64,000 nucleotides of DNA from the human T2T-CHM13v2.0 reference genome, Homo sapiens (GCF_009914755.1 NC_060926.1), one strand, 5' to 3'. Positions 43,145 through 59,132 are shown, numbered from the stretch's first letter. The notes: a model not told the origin generated them from the letters alone. Made by a program: numbers and translations.

Positions 43145-43561
43145 TGATATGCTTTGGATCTGTCCCGCCAAATCTCATGTCTGATTGTAATCCCCAGTGT
43201 TGGAAGTGGGGCCTGGTGGGAGGTGGTTGGATCACAGGGGTGGATTTCTCATGAATGGTTTAGCACCATTGCCTTGGTGGTGTTCTCGCGATAGTGAGTG
43301 AGTTCTCCTGAGATCTGGGTGTTTAAAAGTGTGTGGCATCTCTTCACTCTCTCTTGCTCCTGCTCCCACCATGAGAGACACCTGTTCCCCCTTTGCCTTC
43401 TGCCATGATTGTAAGTTTCCTAAGGCTTCCCCAGAAGCCAAGCTGATGCCAGAATCATGCTTCCTCTACAGCCTGTGGAACTGTGAGCCAATTAAACCTC
43501 TTTTTTAAAATAAACCACCCAGTCTCAGGTATTTATAGCAGTGTGAGAACAGAATCATACA
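43145..43561 (+). mobile_element. MSTA/B MaLR solo LTR
   Basis: TGATATGCTTTGGATCTG start; 'ccatgattgtaagtttcc', 'gaactgtgagccaattaaacctc'; ends '...atcataca'. Confidence 0.85.
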
Positions 43562-45720
43562 GGATCCCACTGCTTGAGTCATAGAAGGCAAAAGGAAAAG
43601 AGCAAGAGTGGATGGAAAACAAGGAAGGAAGGTAAAAGCAAGGTGAGATCCTGTGCTCAGGGAATAAAGTAAAGAAAAGTGAGCACACTTAGCATTCATT
43701 CAACAAACATTTATGGAACGCCTGCTATGTGCAGTCCTCATAATACAGCAAGCTTCATTGAGATCACAGAATTAAAATAAAACTAGAAATCAAAAGCATA
43801 ATGACCTGTTCTATATTTCCACTCACGCCGTTAGCCACGACATATGTCCTGACTCAGGAAACAGCTAATGAGTGTGAGAGCGGCCTTCAATGATGTCATG
43901 TGCCTGGAAGCCACCCTGCTCTAGAAGCACCATCGCTCTGCTCTCAGGTCGCTGCCTGCCTGTGCTCTTCCTCCATGCTTTATTTATAACCCCTTTGCCT
44001 TTGCCTCTACCACTGCCATCATTTTTCACAGCTTTTCTTTATTCCTCCAAATTTCCCCTAACATGTATCTGCCCTTAGCTCCAGGGCCCTTCTGAAGTTT
44101 TGCAAAAATGTTCTCTTTTATTATTCACTTGCCAACACAAGCATTAGTAAAAAGGAGGAGAAAAAAAAGAAAGAAAAGTGCCCTATTTTTAAAGTTTGAA
44201 ATGTTAAAGTTGTCTAAGATTAGAAGAACAAAATCTTCATTGATTTTATAATATTGTAAGGAGATACTTTTCACCCATAATCTAGCTCTTTAAGCTTATC
44301 GTAATGTTCATTTGCATGTTTCCTTTCAACATTTCCGCAAAAATCTAGTCTGGGTTATGATATATAATAACCAAGAGGTATACACAATATTATTTTTCAT
44401 GTTTTTTCAAAGTTATTTCAGAAACACTACTTTTACATAGACTTCATATTTATGAATTTAATAGCTATTGTACTTTATGCTGCTGTCCCATTTTTAGCTG
44501 TAGCTTATTTCCTCTTTTTAATAACTTCCTCAGGATAACTTCCCAGAGCCAGAACACTAAGTCCAAGGCTAAGTCTGTTTCATTGCCCTCATTGTGTATT
44601 GTTACCTGGCTTTCCAAACGGGTAGCATCTACTGCCACTGGGGATGACATTGCCAAGAGATCCATTGGAAAATTCGCTGGTCATGGACATCAATGTCCAA
44701 TGGCAATGGTCCAATGGCAGCATCCCCCAAACTCCAGTTCCTCCAGAGGACAACTCATCAGAATTAGTAATCTCCTCTAGTCTGCTGAATGTTCAATGCC
44801 TCAGGAATAATAATAATAATAAATGCATCCCATTCTTTCCCTATCTGTTCTTCTCACCCCAGTGACCCCTGCTCCAAGAGGCAGCCACTCATGCTGTGGG
44901 GCAGGGTTGGTTTCCACCCTAAGCAGAAAGCCCAGGACTCCTGGCCACAAGGAGGGCTGGCTCAGGGCTGGCCTATTTCTGCAGCTGCTTTCCAGCAACT
45001 CTGACACAGACCCTTTTTGGCAGAGCCATCGTCATCGCCTGGGGCCCATCTTCTAGCCTCAGGTCCTGCGGCCTCCAGCCAGGTGAACCATCTGGAAATC
45101 TTTCTCACTGATATCCATGAACTCTCCACCTCTTGCCTGCCTGCCTGGCTGGACTCTAAACCTGATACACTTCATGGCTGCAAATGATCTGTGTTTACTT
45201 TTCTTCTTGTGGGTTTGGCAGGGGCTAATGTCACATTCCTCTCTTCTGTAGGTGACCTTCCTGCCTGGGGCTTCCGGGGCTTGGTGACACATGCCCTGCA
45301 GCACAGAGGCCACTCTACCATCACTGGGGCCCCAACCACACAGTCACCAGACTAGGTGCGCTGAGTGTCTTCCATTTGTCCCTCCCATCCACTCTCCATG
45401 CTCTCCTCCCCATTATGCCTCAGAAGGCCAGCCGTATAAGCAACTGCTGCAGACTTCCTGCCCTCGGCTTCCGGCTGGGCTCAGCCAATGGGGATCCCCC
45501 GCAGGAGGTCAGAGGGAGAGATGGTAGGAAGGTCCTCTGAGTATTGATTCCTCACTCCCTCACTGCCTGGCTGGCCCTTCAGTGAAAGATCAGAGTCCCA
45601 GCCAAGCAGTCTTTGCTGGGCTCTACTAAATATTCCCTCCAATTGTCTTACAAAAATTCACCCACTGAAAGCTTCCAATTGTACAAACATCACCACAATA
45701 GAAGTTTAAAATATTTTCAT

Positions 45721-46076
<356 letters not shown>

Positions 46077-47567
46077 CTATGGACTTGCTATCCTGGACAC
46101 TTCATGTAAATAAAATCATACAATACGGGCTTTGTGCATCTATCTTCTTTCACTTAATATATGTTTTCAAGATTTAACAATATTGTAGAATGTATCAGCA
46201 CAGCATTACTCATTACGGGTGAATAATATTTTGTTGCATCGATATACCACATTTTATTTATTCAATCGCCAGTTGATGAACATTTGGTTTTTTTCTTCTT
46301 GTTGGCTATTATGAATTAAGCTTGCTATGAACATTCACTTACAAGCATTTGTGGGGATATACGTTTTCCTTTCTCTTGGAATGAAAGTGGAATATACCTA
46401 CAGAATACACCTACGAGTGGACATATGGCAACTCTATGAAAACTTCTGAGGAGTTACCAGACTGTTTTCCAAAGCAGCACCATGGTATAGTCCTTCAGCA
46501 GGGCATAAGGGCTCTAGTTTCTCCAAATCCTCACCAACACTTGCTGCTGCCTTTTTATTATAACCACCCAAGTAGGTGTGAAGTGCTATCACACTGTGAT
46601 TTTGATTTGCATTTGCCTGATGACTAATGACGTAGAACATCTTTTCACGTGTGTTTTGAACATCTGTCTTCTTTGGAGAGACATCTGAGCAAATCCTTAC
46701 TCCATCTTAACATCAGGTTATTTGCCTTTTTATTTTTGAGTTTTAAGAATTATCAATATATTTTAAATTCAAGTCTTTTATCTGGCATGTGACTTGTAAA
46801 AATATTCTTCAATTCTTGGTTCTTTTCACTTTTTGATGGTGTCTTTCGAAGAACAAAAGTTTAATTATGATAATGTCCAATTTATCGATTTTTTTCTTTT
46901 GTTCCTTGTGCTTTTGGTGTCATATCTAAGAAATCAGTGCCCAATGCCTGGACATAAAGATTTATCCTATTTTTTTCTATAGTTTTAGCTCTCACACTTA
47001 CGTCTTAGATCTATTTTGAGTTAATTTTTGTAGGTGGTCTGAGATAGAGGTCCAACTTCATTTTTCTGCATGTAGCTATACAGTTGTTCAACCATCATTT
47101 GTTGAGAAGACTGTTCTTTCCCCCACTGAATGGTCTTGATACCCTGGTTGAAAATCAATTGACTATCAATGCAAGGGCTCATTTCTGCATCCTCAATTCT
47201 ATTTAATTGATCTTTATGTCTACTCTTATTATCCATTTACCGAAATGTCTATCTAATGTTTATTATTGTAGCTTAACAGTAGGTTTTGATATCAGAAAGT
47301 ATGAATCCTCATAGTTCTTTGTTTTCAAGACTGTTTTGGGGTATTCTGCATTCCTTAAGTTTGTATATGAATTTTAGGATCAGCTTGTGAATTTTAGTAT
47401 TGCAATCATAATATAAAGTCTCCCAATCCATGAACAAGGGATGTCTTCCATTTACCTAGGTCTTTAATTTTCTTCAACATTGTTGAGTAGTTTTCAGAGT
47501 TTAAGTTTTACACTTCTTTTATTATATTTATTTCTAAGTATTTTATTCTTTTTCATACTATTACAGG

Positions 47568-48250
47568 TGATATGGTTTGGCTGTGTTCCCCACCCAAATC
47601 TCATCTTCAGTTGTAGTTCCCATTATCCCCATGTGTCATGGGAGGGACCTGGGGGGAGGTAACTGAATCATGGGGGCAGTTACCTCCATGCTGTTCTTGT
47701 GATAGTGAGTGAGTTCTCAAGGTATCTGATGGTTTTTCTTTTGCTGTTGTTTTATTTGTTTGTTTTTTGAGGAGTCTCACTCTGTTGCCCAGGCTGGAGT
47801 GCACTGCAACCTCTGCCTCGCGGGTTCAAGTGATTCTGGTGCCTCAGCCTCCCGAGTAGCTGGGAATACGGGCGTGTGCCACCACGCCCAGCTAATTTTT
47901 TTTGTATTTTTAGTAGAGACAGGGGTTTCGCCATGTTGGCCAGGATTTTCTCGAACTCCTGACCTCAGGTGATCTGCCGGCCTCAGCCTCCCAAAGTGCT
48001 GGGATTACAGGTGTGAGCCACTGTGCCCAGCCATCTGATGGTTTTAGAGGCAGTTTTCCCTGCTCTTGCTCTTGCTGTCTCTTTCCCGCTGCCGTGTGAA
48101 GGTCTGCGCTTCCTTTTCACCTTCCACCATGATTGTAAGTTTCCTGAGGTCTCCCAGGTGTGCAGAACTAAGTCATTTAAACCTCTTTATAAATTACCCA
48201 GTTTTGGGTAGTTCTTTATATTAATAGTAGTGTGAGAATGGACTAATATA
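47568..48250 (+). mobile_element. THE1 MaLR solo LTR containing an Alu
   Basis: TGATATGGTTTGGCTGTG start, GAGAATGGACTAATATA end; TSD ACAGG. Confidence 0.9.
47736..48032 (-). mobile_element. AluSx/Sz-like, antisense, in THE1
   Basis: TSD ATCTGATGGTTTT; ~19-bp internal deletion in the right arm ('gagtgca|ctgcaacc'). Confidence 0.9.
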
Positions 48251-48367
48251 ACAGGTGAAATTGTTTTCTTAATTTCATATTTGGCTTATTCATTGCTAAT
48301 ATACAGAAATAAAATTGATATTTGCATGTTGATTTTGTATCCTGCAACCTCGCTGGACCCAATACTA

Positions 48368-48921
48368 TGTCAATCAAGGAAAATGACCAAAGCAAGTCTC
48401 AATCATTTTAAGGAGGTGTATTTGCCAAAGTTAAGGGTGTGCCTGGGAGACATGTCTATGCCTTTTTCGAGAGATGATTTTGAGAGCTTCAATGTTTAAA
48501 GGGGAAAGTGTGGGATATTGAGAAATGCACAATTTTCATGTTGCGGGGGAGGAAAAGAGTCATTCGTGTCTTTGGCTCTGTGAATATGCATTTTTACTTA
48601 AGATAACACAGAGGATAGGGGAGAGGAAAAAATCAGATATGCATTTGTTTCAGGTGGGCAGAGGGATCGCTTTGAGTTATGCCCTATGTCCCCGCACCTG
48701 TGAAGATAAGCTATTAATTTACATTGCCATGGTGAACTTTAACATAAATGCTTTAGGGTAAAGATCTTGGGGCCCACAGGGGAGGTGTGTAGCTTTTCAC
48801 GTGTGTAGCCATCTTATTTAGGAACCAAAATGGGAGGCAGGCTTGCATGACCCACTTCCCAGCCTGACTTTTCCCTTTGGCTTAGTAAGTTTAGGATACC
48901 AAGATTTATTTTCCTTTCACA
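48368..48921 (-). mobile_element. MER4A-like ERV1 solo LTR
   Basis: Minus strand starts TGTGAAAGGAAAATAAATCTTGG...CTAAGCCAAAGGGAAAAGTCAGGCTGGGAA. Confidence 0.8.
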
Positions 48922-50094
48922 ATTAGTTCTACCTGTTTTTTTTTTCTTTTTTGATGAATTTCTTATATACAAGATCATGTCATCTTTAATAGATATAGCT
49001 TTACTACTTCCTTTCCAATTTGGATGCTTTCCATTTATTTTTCTTCCCTAATTGCACTGGATAGAACCTGTAGTACACTGTTAAATAAAAATGGCAAAAG
49101 CTGACATTCTTGTCTTCCTCCTGATCATAGAGAAAAGCCATCAGTCATTGACCATTAAATGTAATGTTAACTGCAGGTTTTATATAGGTGTCTTTTGTCA
49201 GTTTGAAGACGTTCCCTTCTCTCCCTAGTTCAGTAAGTGTTTTTATTATAAAAGGAGGTTGGATTTTGTTTTATATATGTATTCTGCATCTATTGAGATG
49301 AACGTGTGTTTTGATCCATTATTCTGTTGATATGGCTTATTACACTGATTGGTTTTTGGATGCCAGAGCCATTACTCTGGCACATGGCAGGAATGGTAGC
49401 CTCTGATCTTCTCAGCTTTTCTACTGGACACAGAATATATGTTTACCCCAGAAAGCAAGCTGGAGTGAGGGCAATTAGGACCCCTGTATTCCAGACCTGT
49501 TATGCCTAGTGTATAGTCTCCATCCATGAGTGGGAGCTTGGTGGAGGAAGGGAGCCTCCTGCCTCTTGGCCACAGTTAGCTAGAATTTAGCGTTAAACTT
49601 GGAGTTGGAGTGGATGAGAAATGCTTGCAACCTTCGCCTTCTTGTGAGACACCTTATCCCTTGTTTGATAGAGGAAGGGAGAGTGAGCCCCATCTTCTTG
49701 ACCACATCCACCCACAGTGGAGCTTCTATGAAGCTGAGCTAGGTGCGGGGCTGGAAAGAGCAGATTATGGCTCAAATGCCACACACTCTCTCTGTTCTTA
49801 CCAAGTTGTGATAGATTTTATTGAATAAATTTTTTTTTCATTTTTTATATACCTTTAAGATAATTTCCAGAAACTTTTAAGTTTTCTTAGAAATTTTCTC
49901 CAGCTATGGTTGTTTCAGTGGGAAGTGTCTCCACAGAAGTGGAACTCCCCTTCGTGCACTTTTTAAACTCTAGGGGTGGTAATGATGTCAACTATTGTGA
50001 GCCCTGGGGTACTATCCTTTGTAGTTTTCCAGTATCTTGCCAATACCTTTGTAAATAGCCATTTTATTAAATTTTCCTCAAATTGCCCAATCTG

Positions 50095-50761
<667 letters not shown>

Positions 50762-51225
50762 CTGAGTATTCCATATGTTTCCTGCTACAATCCAGACCGA
50801 CACAATGGGAGTGTTGTGGGCACAGAGGTGACCCGGGCTCATCATCCGTTCTCCTCTCCCACTCTTTCTCCCACACTGGCCGACTCATCCACATCCCAGA
50901 GCTTCAAGAGCAGGTTCATGGGCCAAAGAGCCCCAGGAAGGGAGATGGGCCACTTGATGAATGCTTGCTGTGGTTTCTTCACGACATGAATCAGACAGAT
51001 CATGTGGTCCTAGACCCAGCCATGGAAACTGTGATCCCGAAGCAAATGGGCAACCAGTGTGAAACTGGCGGGAGCACACCTGAGGCCCTTGTGACATCAC
51101 TTCTTCAGGGACCTTATTCATAATAAATGACTCTATAGTTCCCAGGAGCAAATGGAGAAGAAGACTTTGAAAGGGCAGAAAATAGGACCAAAAAACGTCA
51201 AATTTCAGAGTTTTGAATTAGCCAT

Positions 51226-51643
51226 TGTGCTAGTCCATTTTTGCGTTACTATAAAGAAATACTTGAGACTGGGTAATTTATGGAGAAAACAGGTCTATTT
51301 TGGCTCATGATTCTGTTGGCTGTACAGGAGGCATAGTGCCGGCTTCTGCTTCTGGGAAACCTCAGTAAATTTCCAATTATGGTAGAAGGTGAAGGGGGAG
51401 CAGGCATGCCACATGGCAAGACAGGGAACAAGACAGAGGGAGGAGATATCGTGCTCTTTTAAACAACCAGATATCACGTGAACTGCTAGAGTGAAAACTC
51501 ACTCATCACCAAGTGGATGGCATTAAGCCATTCGTGAAAGATCCATCTCCATGATCCAATCACCTCCCATGAGGTCCTCCTCCAACACTGGGGATCACAT
51601 TTCAACACGAGATTTGGAGGGGACAAACATCCAAACTGCATCA
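51226..51643 (-). mobile_element. MSTB-like MaLR solo LTR
   Basis: TGTGCTAGTCCATTT...GGACAAACATCCAAACTGCATCA; TSD GCCAT. Confidence 0.85.
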
Positions 51644-52789
51644 GCCATCCTAGTACAATTTCCAACCTCCTCAATCACTGTGCTTCTCCCAGAGAAGAGT
51701 TATGGGACAAGGGCCAGTTTGCACAAGGAGAAGACCAGGTGTGGTAATGGGTCTGAGACCCCCATCCTATAGCCTCCGGAGTGCATGATTCCCTTCAGCA
51801 CGCTGACCCCATCCCTCGTTGCAAGAGCAGAGAGAAACGCAGTCCTTCCCACTCCAAAGCCAGCATCTCCAGGAACAGAGGGTCCTTGTGGGTGCCTCTC
51901 ATTGACTTTCTTGCTTCTTCCCAGTCTCGATCCCTCTTCTGAGTCGCACCTCCGGAGATGACAGCCTTTTACACCACACTGCTCTTTCCTGTCCCCCTTC
52001 ACTTCTCTCATTTACTATCAAAAGTCTGGGGGGAAAGGTGGCTCCAGCACAGTACAGTGACAACTTAAAACTGAATGTCAACCATCACAGCCCTGAAGAC
52101 GCTTCAGTGCTTCACTGCCACTTGGAGTTCCCAGTGTCCAGGCCAGGGTCTCACCTTAGACCCCAACTGCTCCCAGAGACTCCTCTCTGCCCCCCAAGGA
52201 CTCTCCTCCTACCCTCTCTGGCACCCAGGCTCCAACTCCCAAATTCCTGTACTGGCCTTCCAAAGAACAGCTTAGTCCTTTAAGTGACACCCCATCTCCA
52301 CCTCTAACCTGTGATATGTATCAAAAGCCTCACCGGGATTTCCTATTCAGCAAACAGCCACCTTTGTAGGTTTCCACCTCTTAGAGGCCCAAAGCACCTG
52401 CCAAAGCGTTCACATTATAGTTTTCCCTTTAAATGATCAAATAGCCAAGCAGGGCTTCTATTGAATATTTCTTTGCCCGAAAAGGGTTAGAGACCATTAT
52501 TACAAGCTTCAAAATCCTGCTCCTCATAGTTCTGTCAAGTGATCTTAGAATCATACTGCCCTCAGTCCTTCTCTTCCTTGCAGCCGTGGATGAAACTCTG
52601 TTGCTTTATTACTCCAAGATCTCTCTAGTTCTGCTAACTACTTATGTGCCCTTCTATTTAATGTTGGCAGTTCCTTGAGGAACACACAAGTGTTTTTTTT
52701 TTTCTTTACATTTCATTCAGGGAATTACTAAACAATCATTTCCACACAGAGATGTTGTGGATTACGCCAAAAAAAAAAAAAAAAATCAA

Positions 52790-54150
52790 GGATGGCTGTC
52801 TCTGTCTTGAAATGCTTAATAATTTTATCTGTAAACTTGTGGTTTGTAAGTGAGGTCCATTAAGACAATGGAGCATGAGCCAGGGAAACGGGCCTCTACG
52901 TGTGGCCACTGATGTTCCATACAGCATTCATAATGCACCATGCACACTGAATTCCCTGTGGACCCCTGATGTTGCGAGGCCAGCAAGACTCAAAGTGAGC
53001 ACAAGGTACTCGTGCTGTATCTACAACTGAGGGAGCTGGGTGCTGACACCCCAAAAGGCCACACTTTTCCCCTTAAGAGAGTAAACTTGTTTCGAAGGCA
53101 GAAAGAAGGCAATGGTGTCTTAAGAAGCATGAAGAAACCATATTGTATGAGTCATGGTTCTCTAGAGGGACAGAACTAATAGGATATATATATTTATATA
53201 TATATAGAGAGAGAGAGAGAGAGGAGTTTATTAAGTATTAACTCACATGATCACAAGTCCCACAATGGGCAGTCTTCAAGCTGAGGAACAAGGAGAGCCA
53301 GTCCAAGTCCCAAACTGAAGAACTTGGAGTCTGATGTTCGAGGGCAGGAAGCATCCAGCGTGGGAGAAAGATGTAGGCTGGCAGGCTAGGCCAGTCTCTC
53401 TTTTCGCATTTTTCTGTCTGCTTTACATTTCTAGCTGCACTGGCATCTGATTAGATGGTGTCCATCTAGATTAACAGTGGGTCGAACTTTCCCAGCCCAC
53501 TGACTCAAATGTTAATCTCCTTTGGCAACACCCTCACAGACACACCCAGGATCAATACTTTGCATCCTTCAATCCAATCAAGTTGACAGTCAGTATTAAC
53601 CATCACTCATATCATATATTTTCTTATTCATGCACTTCTTTATATTAGACACCTGATCATGCCAAAAGGCCAGTCCATAGTTCTTTTGCTTTTCAGTCCT
53701 TCCTTACGCATCGGTGAGTCCCAGGTCGAGAGTAGAGGTAGAATTCGTGCACGTAAAGTGCGATGAAAACGGGCAAGTTCACTTTGTGCAGCATCTGTTT
53801 TTACCAGCGTGGTTCTGGTAAAAACAAAATCTATATGCATGTATAAGCTATGAAGTACAAATTGCATAATTTCTGTGATTCCACATATGAGATCAGTGCA
53901 CTTATATTAGTATTTAAAACTGGCATTGCACAACGTAAAGATGGATGGTGAACTTCATGCTAACAATTTAAATCTAAATTTTTCTTGGAATGATATTAAA
54001 TAACACATAAAAACACTATGAAAAGAGAGAAACTGAGAGGAAAGAGAAAGTTTTATATTTTATGACCTCAGAGGCACTTTCTTTCTGTTTTTTGAACAAG
54101 GAAGCTCCGCACTTTTCTCTGAGCTCCACAAATTATGCAGCCAGCCTTGC
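52790..54150. mobile_element. MER45B-like hAT-Tip100 DNA transposon, split by an MLT2 LTR
   Basis: 'gtcttgaaatgcttaataattttatc...gtaagtgaggtcc' and terminal 'tttttgaacaagg...ccacaaattatgcagccagccttg'. Confidence 0.65.
53144..53607 (-). mobile_element. MLT2A ERVL solo LTR with an internal (TA)n(GA)n repeat
   Basis: 'ggttctctagagggacagaactaatagga' ... 'ccttcaatccaatcaagttgacagtcagtattaaccatcac'; TSD CATAT. Confidence 0.88.
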
Positions 54151-54399
54151 AGCAGGCAACACATCAAAGCCTCTTTCCTGGGGGTCTAGTGAGGGATGTA
54201 AAACACAAATATGTTAATAATATACAATATAATGTCACTAACAGTAAGTGCTGTGCTAAACAAAAGCCAGGATGGCTACAGCAAGCCGGAGGGGAGCTGA
54301 GAATTAGATGTAAATTCTGAGGGATGGGAAGGGCCCTAGATTTTAGGGCGTTGTGCAGAAGAGTAACCAGATCTGCTCTACGTTTCAGGAAAGGAAAAA

Positions 54400-55400
<1,001 letters not shown>

Positions 55401-56222
55401 CTCATATTAATTAGGCATCTTTCCTTCCCAGTATCGGGTTGGGAGAGGGTAGTAAAGTGGGTTTTATTAAAGATCTTGGTATACACACACACACTAACAC
55501 ACACACCGCAACTCACACGCACACCAAGAAAAATGTGACCATTGTAACCTTTTTTTAACTCACAAAGCCTTTCTCGTAATGTTGTCAAGTTAGCTTGCCA
55601 TTTTGTCTTCAGTAAGACAGATGAAAGTTATGCAGCTGTTAAAGTTAATGTTTTTCTTAGACACTTAAAAAGGGTTTATATCATTAGTTTTAAAATTAAA
55701 TAAAGGAGACAACATCCAGAAGCAGCAGCTCACTAATAGATAATAGATACTTTCCAGTTGAGTTAAAATGGAAAGAATTGTCTTTGCAACGCAGCTGTGG
55801 TGATTTTCTGTCTCTTATTCAGGACGCTTGATGTAATGGGCAGAATCAGAATGCTTCAGGAATCTGTCGAATTTGTTTCTTATAATAGTAAGATCATTTA
55901 AATGGGAATTTGAGAACTGGGGAAGGGGATCCACTTACATATTCTTGAATGTATAAAGAAACTGAAGCCCAAAGGGAGATAAATCAAAGCTGATGACGAA
56001 TATAAACTTAATACTCAGAATTTTCGTGTTTGATACTTCTCTAAGCTGTTTCTAAATCTATAATAGGACTATAAGATTACTTATAGTCTTAGACTAAAAA
56101 GGCTTACTTTTAAAATTAGCATTTATAAAATATTATTTTAAAAATGAAAGTTAAAGGGTAAATGAGGTTTTTAAAATTTTGTGTTGTTTTGTTTTGTTTT
56201 GTTTTCATTTTTGGCCTTCTAG

Positions 56223-56293
56223 GCCCCTGGAGGAATTGCTACACCCCCAGTGTATGGTCAGCTTCTAGCTTTATATTTGCTCCATAATGACAT
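56223..56293 (+). CDS. COPS8: COPS8 exon 2 (APGGIATPPVYGQLLALYLLHND + AT)
   Basis: T-rich tract ...ttctag| acceptor; 71 nt; CAT|GTAAGT donor; in frame. Confidence 0.97.
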
Positions 56294-56743
56294 GTAAGTA
56301 TGTTTAACCTAAAGCTAAGAGCAACAGGTTTCTCAAAGTTATATGGAAATATTTCTGCACTGAAGTAGCACCACTAAACATAGGCACAACGAGCTACCTT
56401 TTTTATTACAGTAATTGTTAACGTCTATTTCCTATTGAATCATAGGTTAATGAATTATGATTAGGTCGTCATTGTCTTACATATACTTTCTAGAAAACAT
56501 TTCAATTTATTATGACAAATTACGTCAGTAAATTCATTTAACCTTTTTGTCTTTTTAAGAAACTTTTATGACCTCTATTTACTTAACTTCATATATAATC
56601 AATAAAACAAAAGAAGTGAAAAGAGAAGATTGCAGCCAAGAGGAATTCGTTACAAACATGTATGAGATTTTTTAAGTTTTTTTTGTTTTTAATTATTCCT
56701 ATTTCACGTTCACATGGAAAAGTCAGAAAGCATAACTACTCTA

Positions 56744-57033
56744 GGCCGGGCGCCGTGGCACACGCCTGTAATCCCAGCACTCTGGGAGGCCAAGGCAAGT
56801 GGATGGCTTGAGTCCAGGAGTTTTGATACCAGCCTGGGGAATATAGTGAAACCCCGTCTGTCCTAAAAATACAAAAAATTAGCTGGGCATGGTTGCGTGT
56901 GCCTCTAATCCCAGCTACCTGGGAGGCTGAGGTGGGGAGAATCACCTGAGCCCAGAAAGTCAAGGCTGCAGTGAGCTAAGATTGCGCGACTGCACTCTAG
57001 CCTGAGCAACCAAAGTGAGACCCTGTCTCAAAA
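56744..57033 (+). mobile_element. AluJ in COPS8 intron 2
   Basis: AluJ-type 'gcttgagtccaggagtt', 'gtcaaggctgcagtgagct'; TSD GAAAGCATAACT. Confidence 0.9.
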
Positions 57034-57701
57034 GGAAAGCATAACTGCAAAAAAAAAAAAAAAAAAGTCTCCTATAGTTCTGTGACTCACTGATGATTCC
57101 TGATAACATTTTATTTTAAACTCTTCCAAAACCTTTCTTTTATATCTTTTTAAAAACTAAATTGAAATTTTTATTACACATATGTAAGGTTTTTGTTTTT
57201 GTTTTGTAAAACTGTCATTATATGTTTGTTGTAGTTCAAGCCTCCAAACCCATAAAAACTCCTGCCTCAGAAGCTGTGTCCCACTGGTAGGAGGGGCTGT
57301 AATCGGGAGAGAAGTGTTGTGTACCAGGCTTATTGTCAGGGAATGCTACAGCCTTGATAGTACATAAATTTGTTTACTTTTATATCCTAATAAATAATTT
57401 GGGCCGTCTATAAATCCTCGTGTTTTTAGTGTGCTGTTGCCTAAATTTAGGATATGGATTATTATTTTTAAAAAATTCACTAGAAATGGCAAAATATTAC
57501 TTTGGTAAAAATATTTCATGTCCTTTTTATCTGGAAAACCACTATTGTTTCCCCAAAACAAATTCATATAAAACTAAATTTTACTTTGTGTTATGTGAAG
57601 TATACTTCTGTATGTTTGGCTTGGGACCTGGTAGTTTTTAACATTTCCTGAGATGATTATGTTTTTAATTGATTATTCTTCTTTGTGGTGGCGTAAATTA
57701 G

Positions 57702-57750
57702 GAATAATGCAAGATATCTTTGGAAAAGAATACCACCTGCTATAAAATCT
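57702..57750 (+). CDS. COPS8: COPS8 exon 3 (G + NNARYLWKRIPPAIKS)
   Basis: aattag| acceptor; 49 nt; TCT|GTAAGT donor; completes Met50 (AT|G). Confidence 0.96.
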
Positions 57751-58946
57751 GTAAGTATCCTTTAAACCTATTTTACTGCTTTAATGTAATGACATTCCCT
57801 TAAATGGCAACCTTTTATAAGCTTATGTTTTCTATCTGACGTCCTAGTAATAGTCATCAGATTGGTATTAAGGATTCGAAATAAATCTTCAGAGTCCTCT
57901 AATCAGAAATTTGAATTTTGCTGGGATGGTGTAGAATTTCTGCTCAGTTCCTACTGATTAGATTTCTTGAGACGCTTTTATGTGCAGCTTCCCTAGTTAA
58001 ACAGCTGAGCCAGTTTAGATGAAGGAAGCTCCTGGAGGTGGCGGAGGCAGCTGAGGTGATTTTCAGCTGGTTTATGTTGCTTCCTATAATGGTACTTATT
58101 TTGAAACTGCCATCGTTTACAAGAATACTCTAAGAATGATTGACAGCAATAAGATTATTTTTGTTAATTAGGATTTTAAATTTCTTATTTTGGTTGGGAG
58201 ATTAGAAGAAATAGCCTGTGAAAAGGTTCTTCCAAAGTGGAATGAAGTAAAATTTTAATGTCAAATGATTCCATGTGTCTAACATGAGTGTCAAGTGAAA
58301 TTTTTAACATTCTCGGGATATTACCAAGAATTCATCTAAACTTTTGTTTATTGATATTCATCAAGAGATCGGATTAGTATTTTTACTCTTTTTTTTTCCC
58401 TCATACATTCTGTTCTGTTAAGTAAGATTGGAATATTCCTCAGCTTCTTTGGCTAAATAAAGAAGTACTATAAATCATGCACATAAGTTTCAATGGCGTT
58501 AGTGGAAACTCAATCCTTAGAGAGGCTACAATGTATGACATCTTAGATTGAGAGTCTCTATTGTTAACCATTTTGCTATTACTTTTGACCTAAATATATA
58601 TTCATAATATATCTATGAAATACAAATACAACATCTTTAAAAACAATCCTTAAGCTAATTAGTCCCCAGGCTTAATTCTGAAATGTTTTTTGACTACTTT
58701 CTCATGCCTTAATTTGCTATTGTAATAAATTTATATCAGCCCTACAGATAAATTTTACCTTACTGCTCATAGTGTTTAAAAACCTTTTGATAGTGATTGG
58801 GCTGAAAAAGTAATTGCATCTTTTAAAATAAATGTTGAATTAGGTTTTAATGATGTAGCTAACAAGTTTTTATATCATTTCTGGTATTTTGTTTTAAGAT
58901 ACAATCATTGGTGCATTTACAGAGTGAATACCCTCTAAGGCAATAA

Positions 58947-59132
<186 letters not shown>

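Noticed and set aside
46434-47236. ORFs resembling the L1 ORF2 C-terminus
   Set aside because: Degenerate fragments of an old, multiply interrupted L1M; not an active element.
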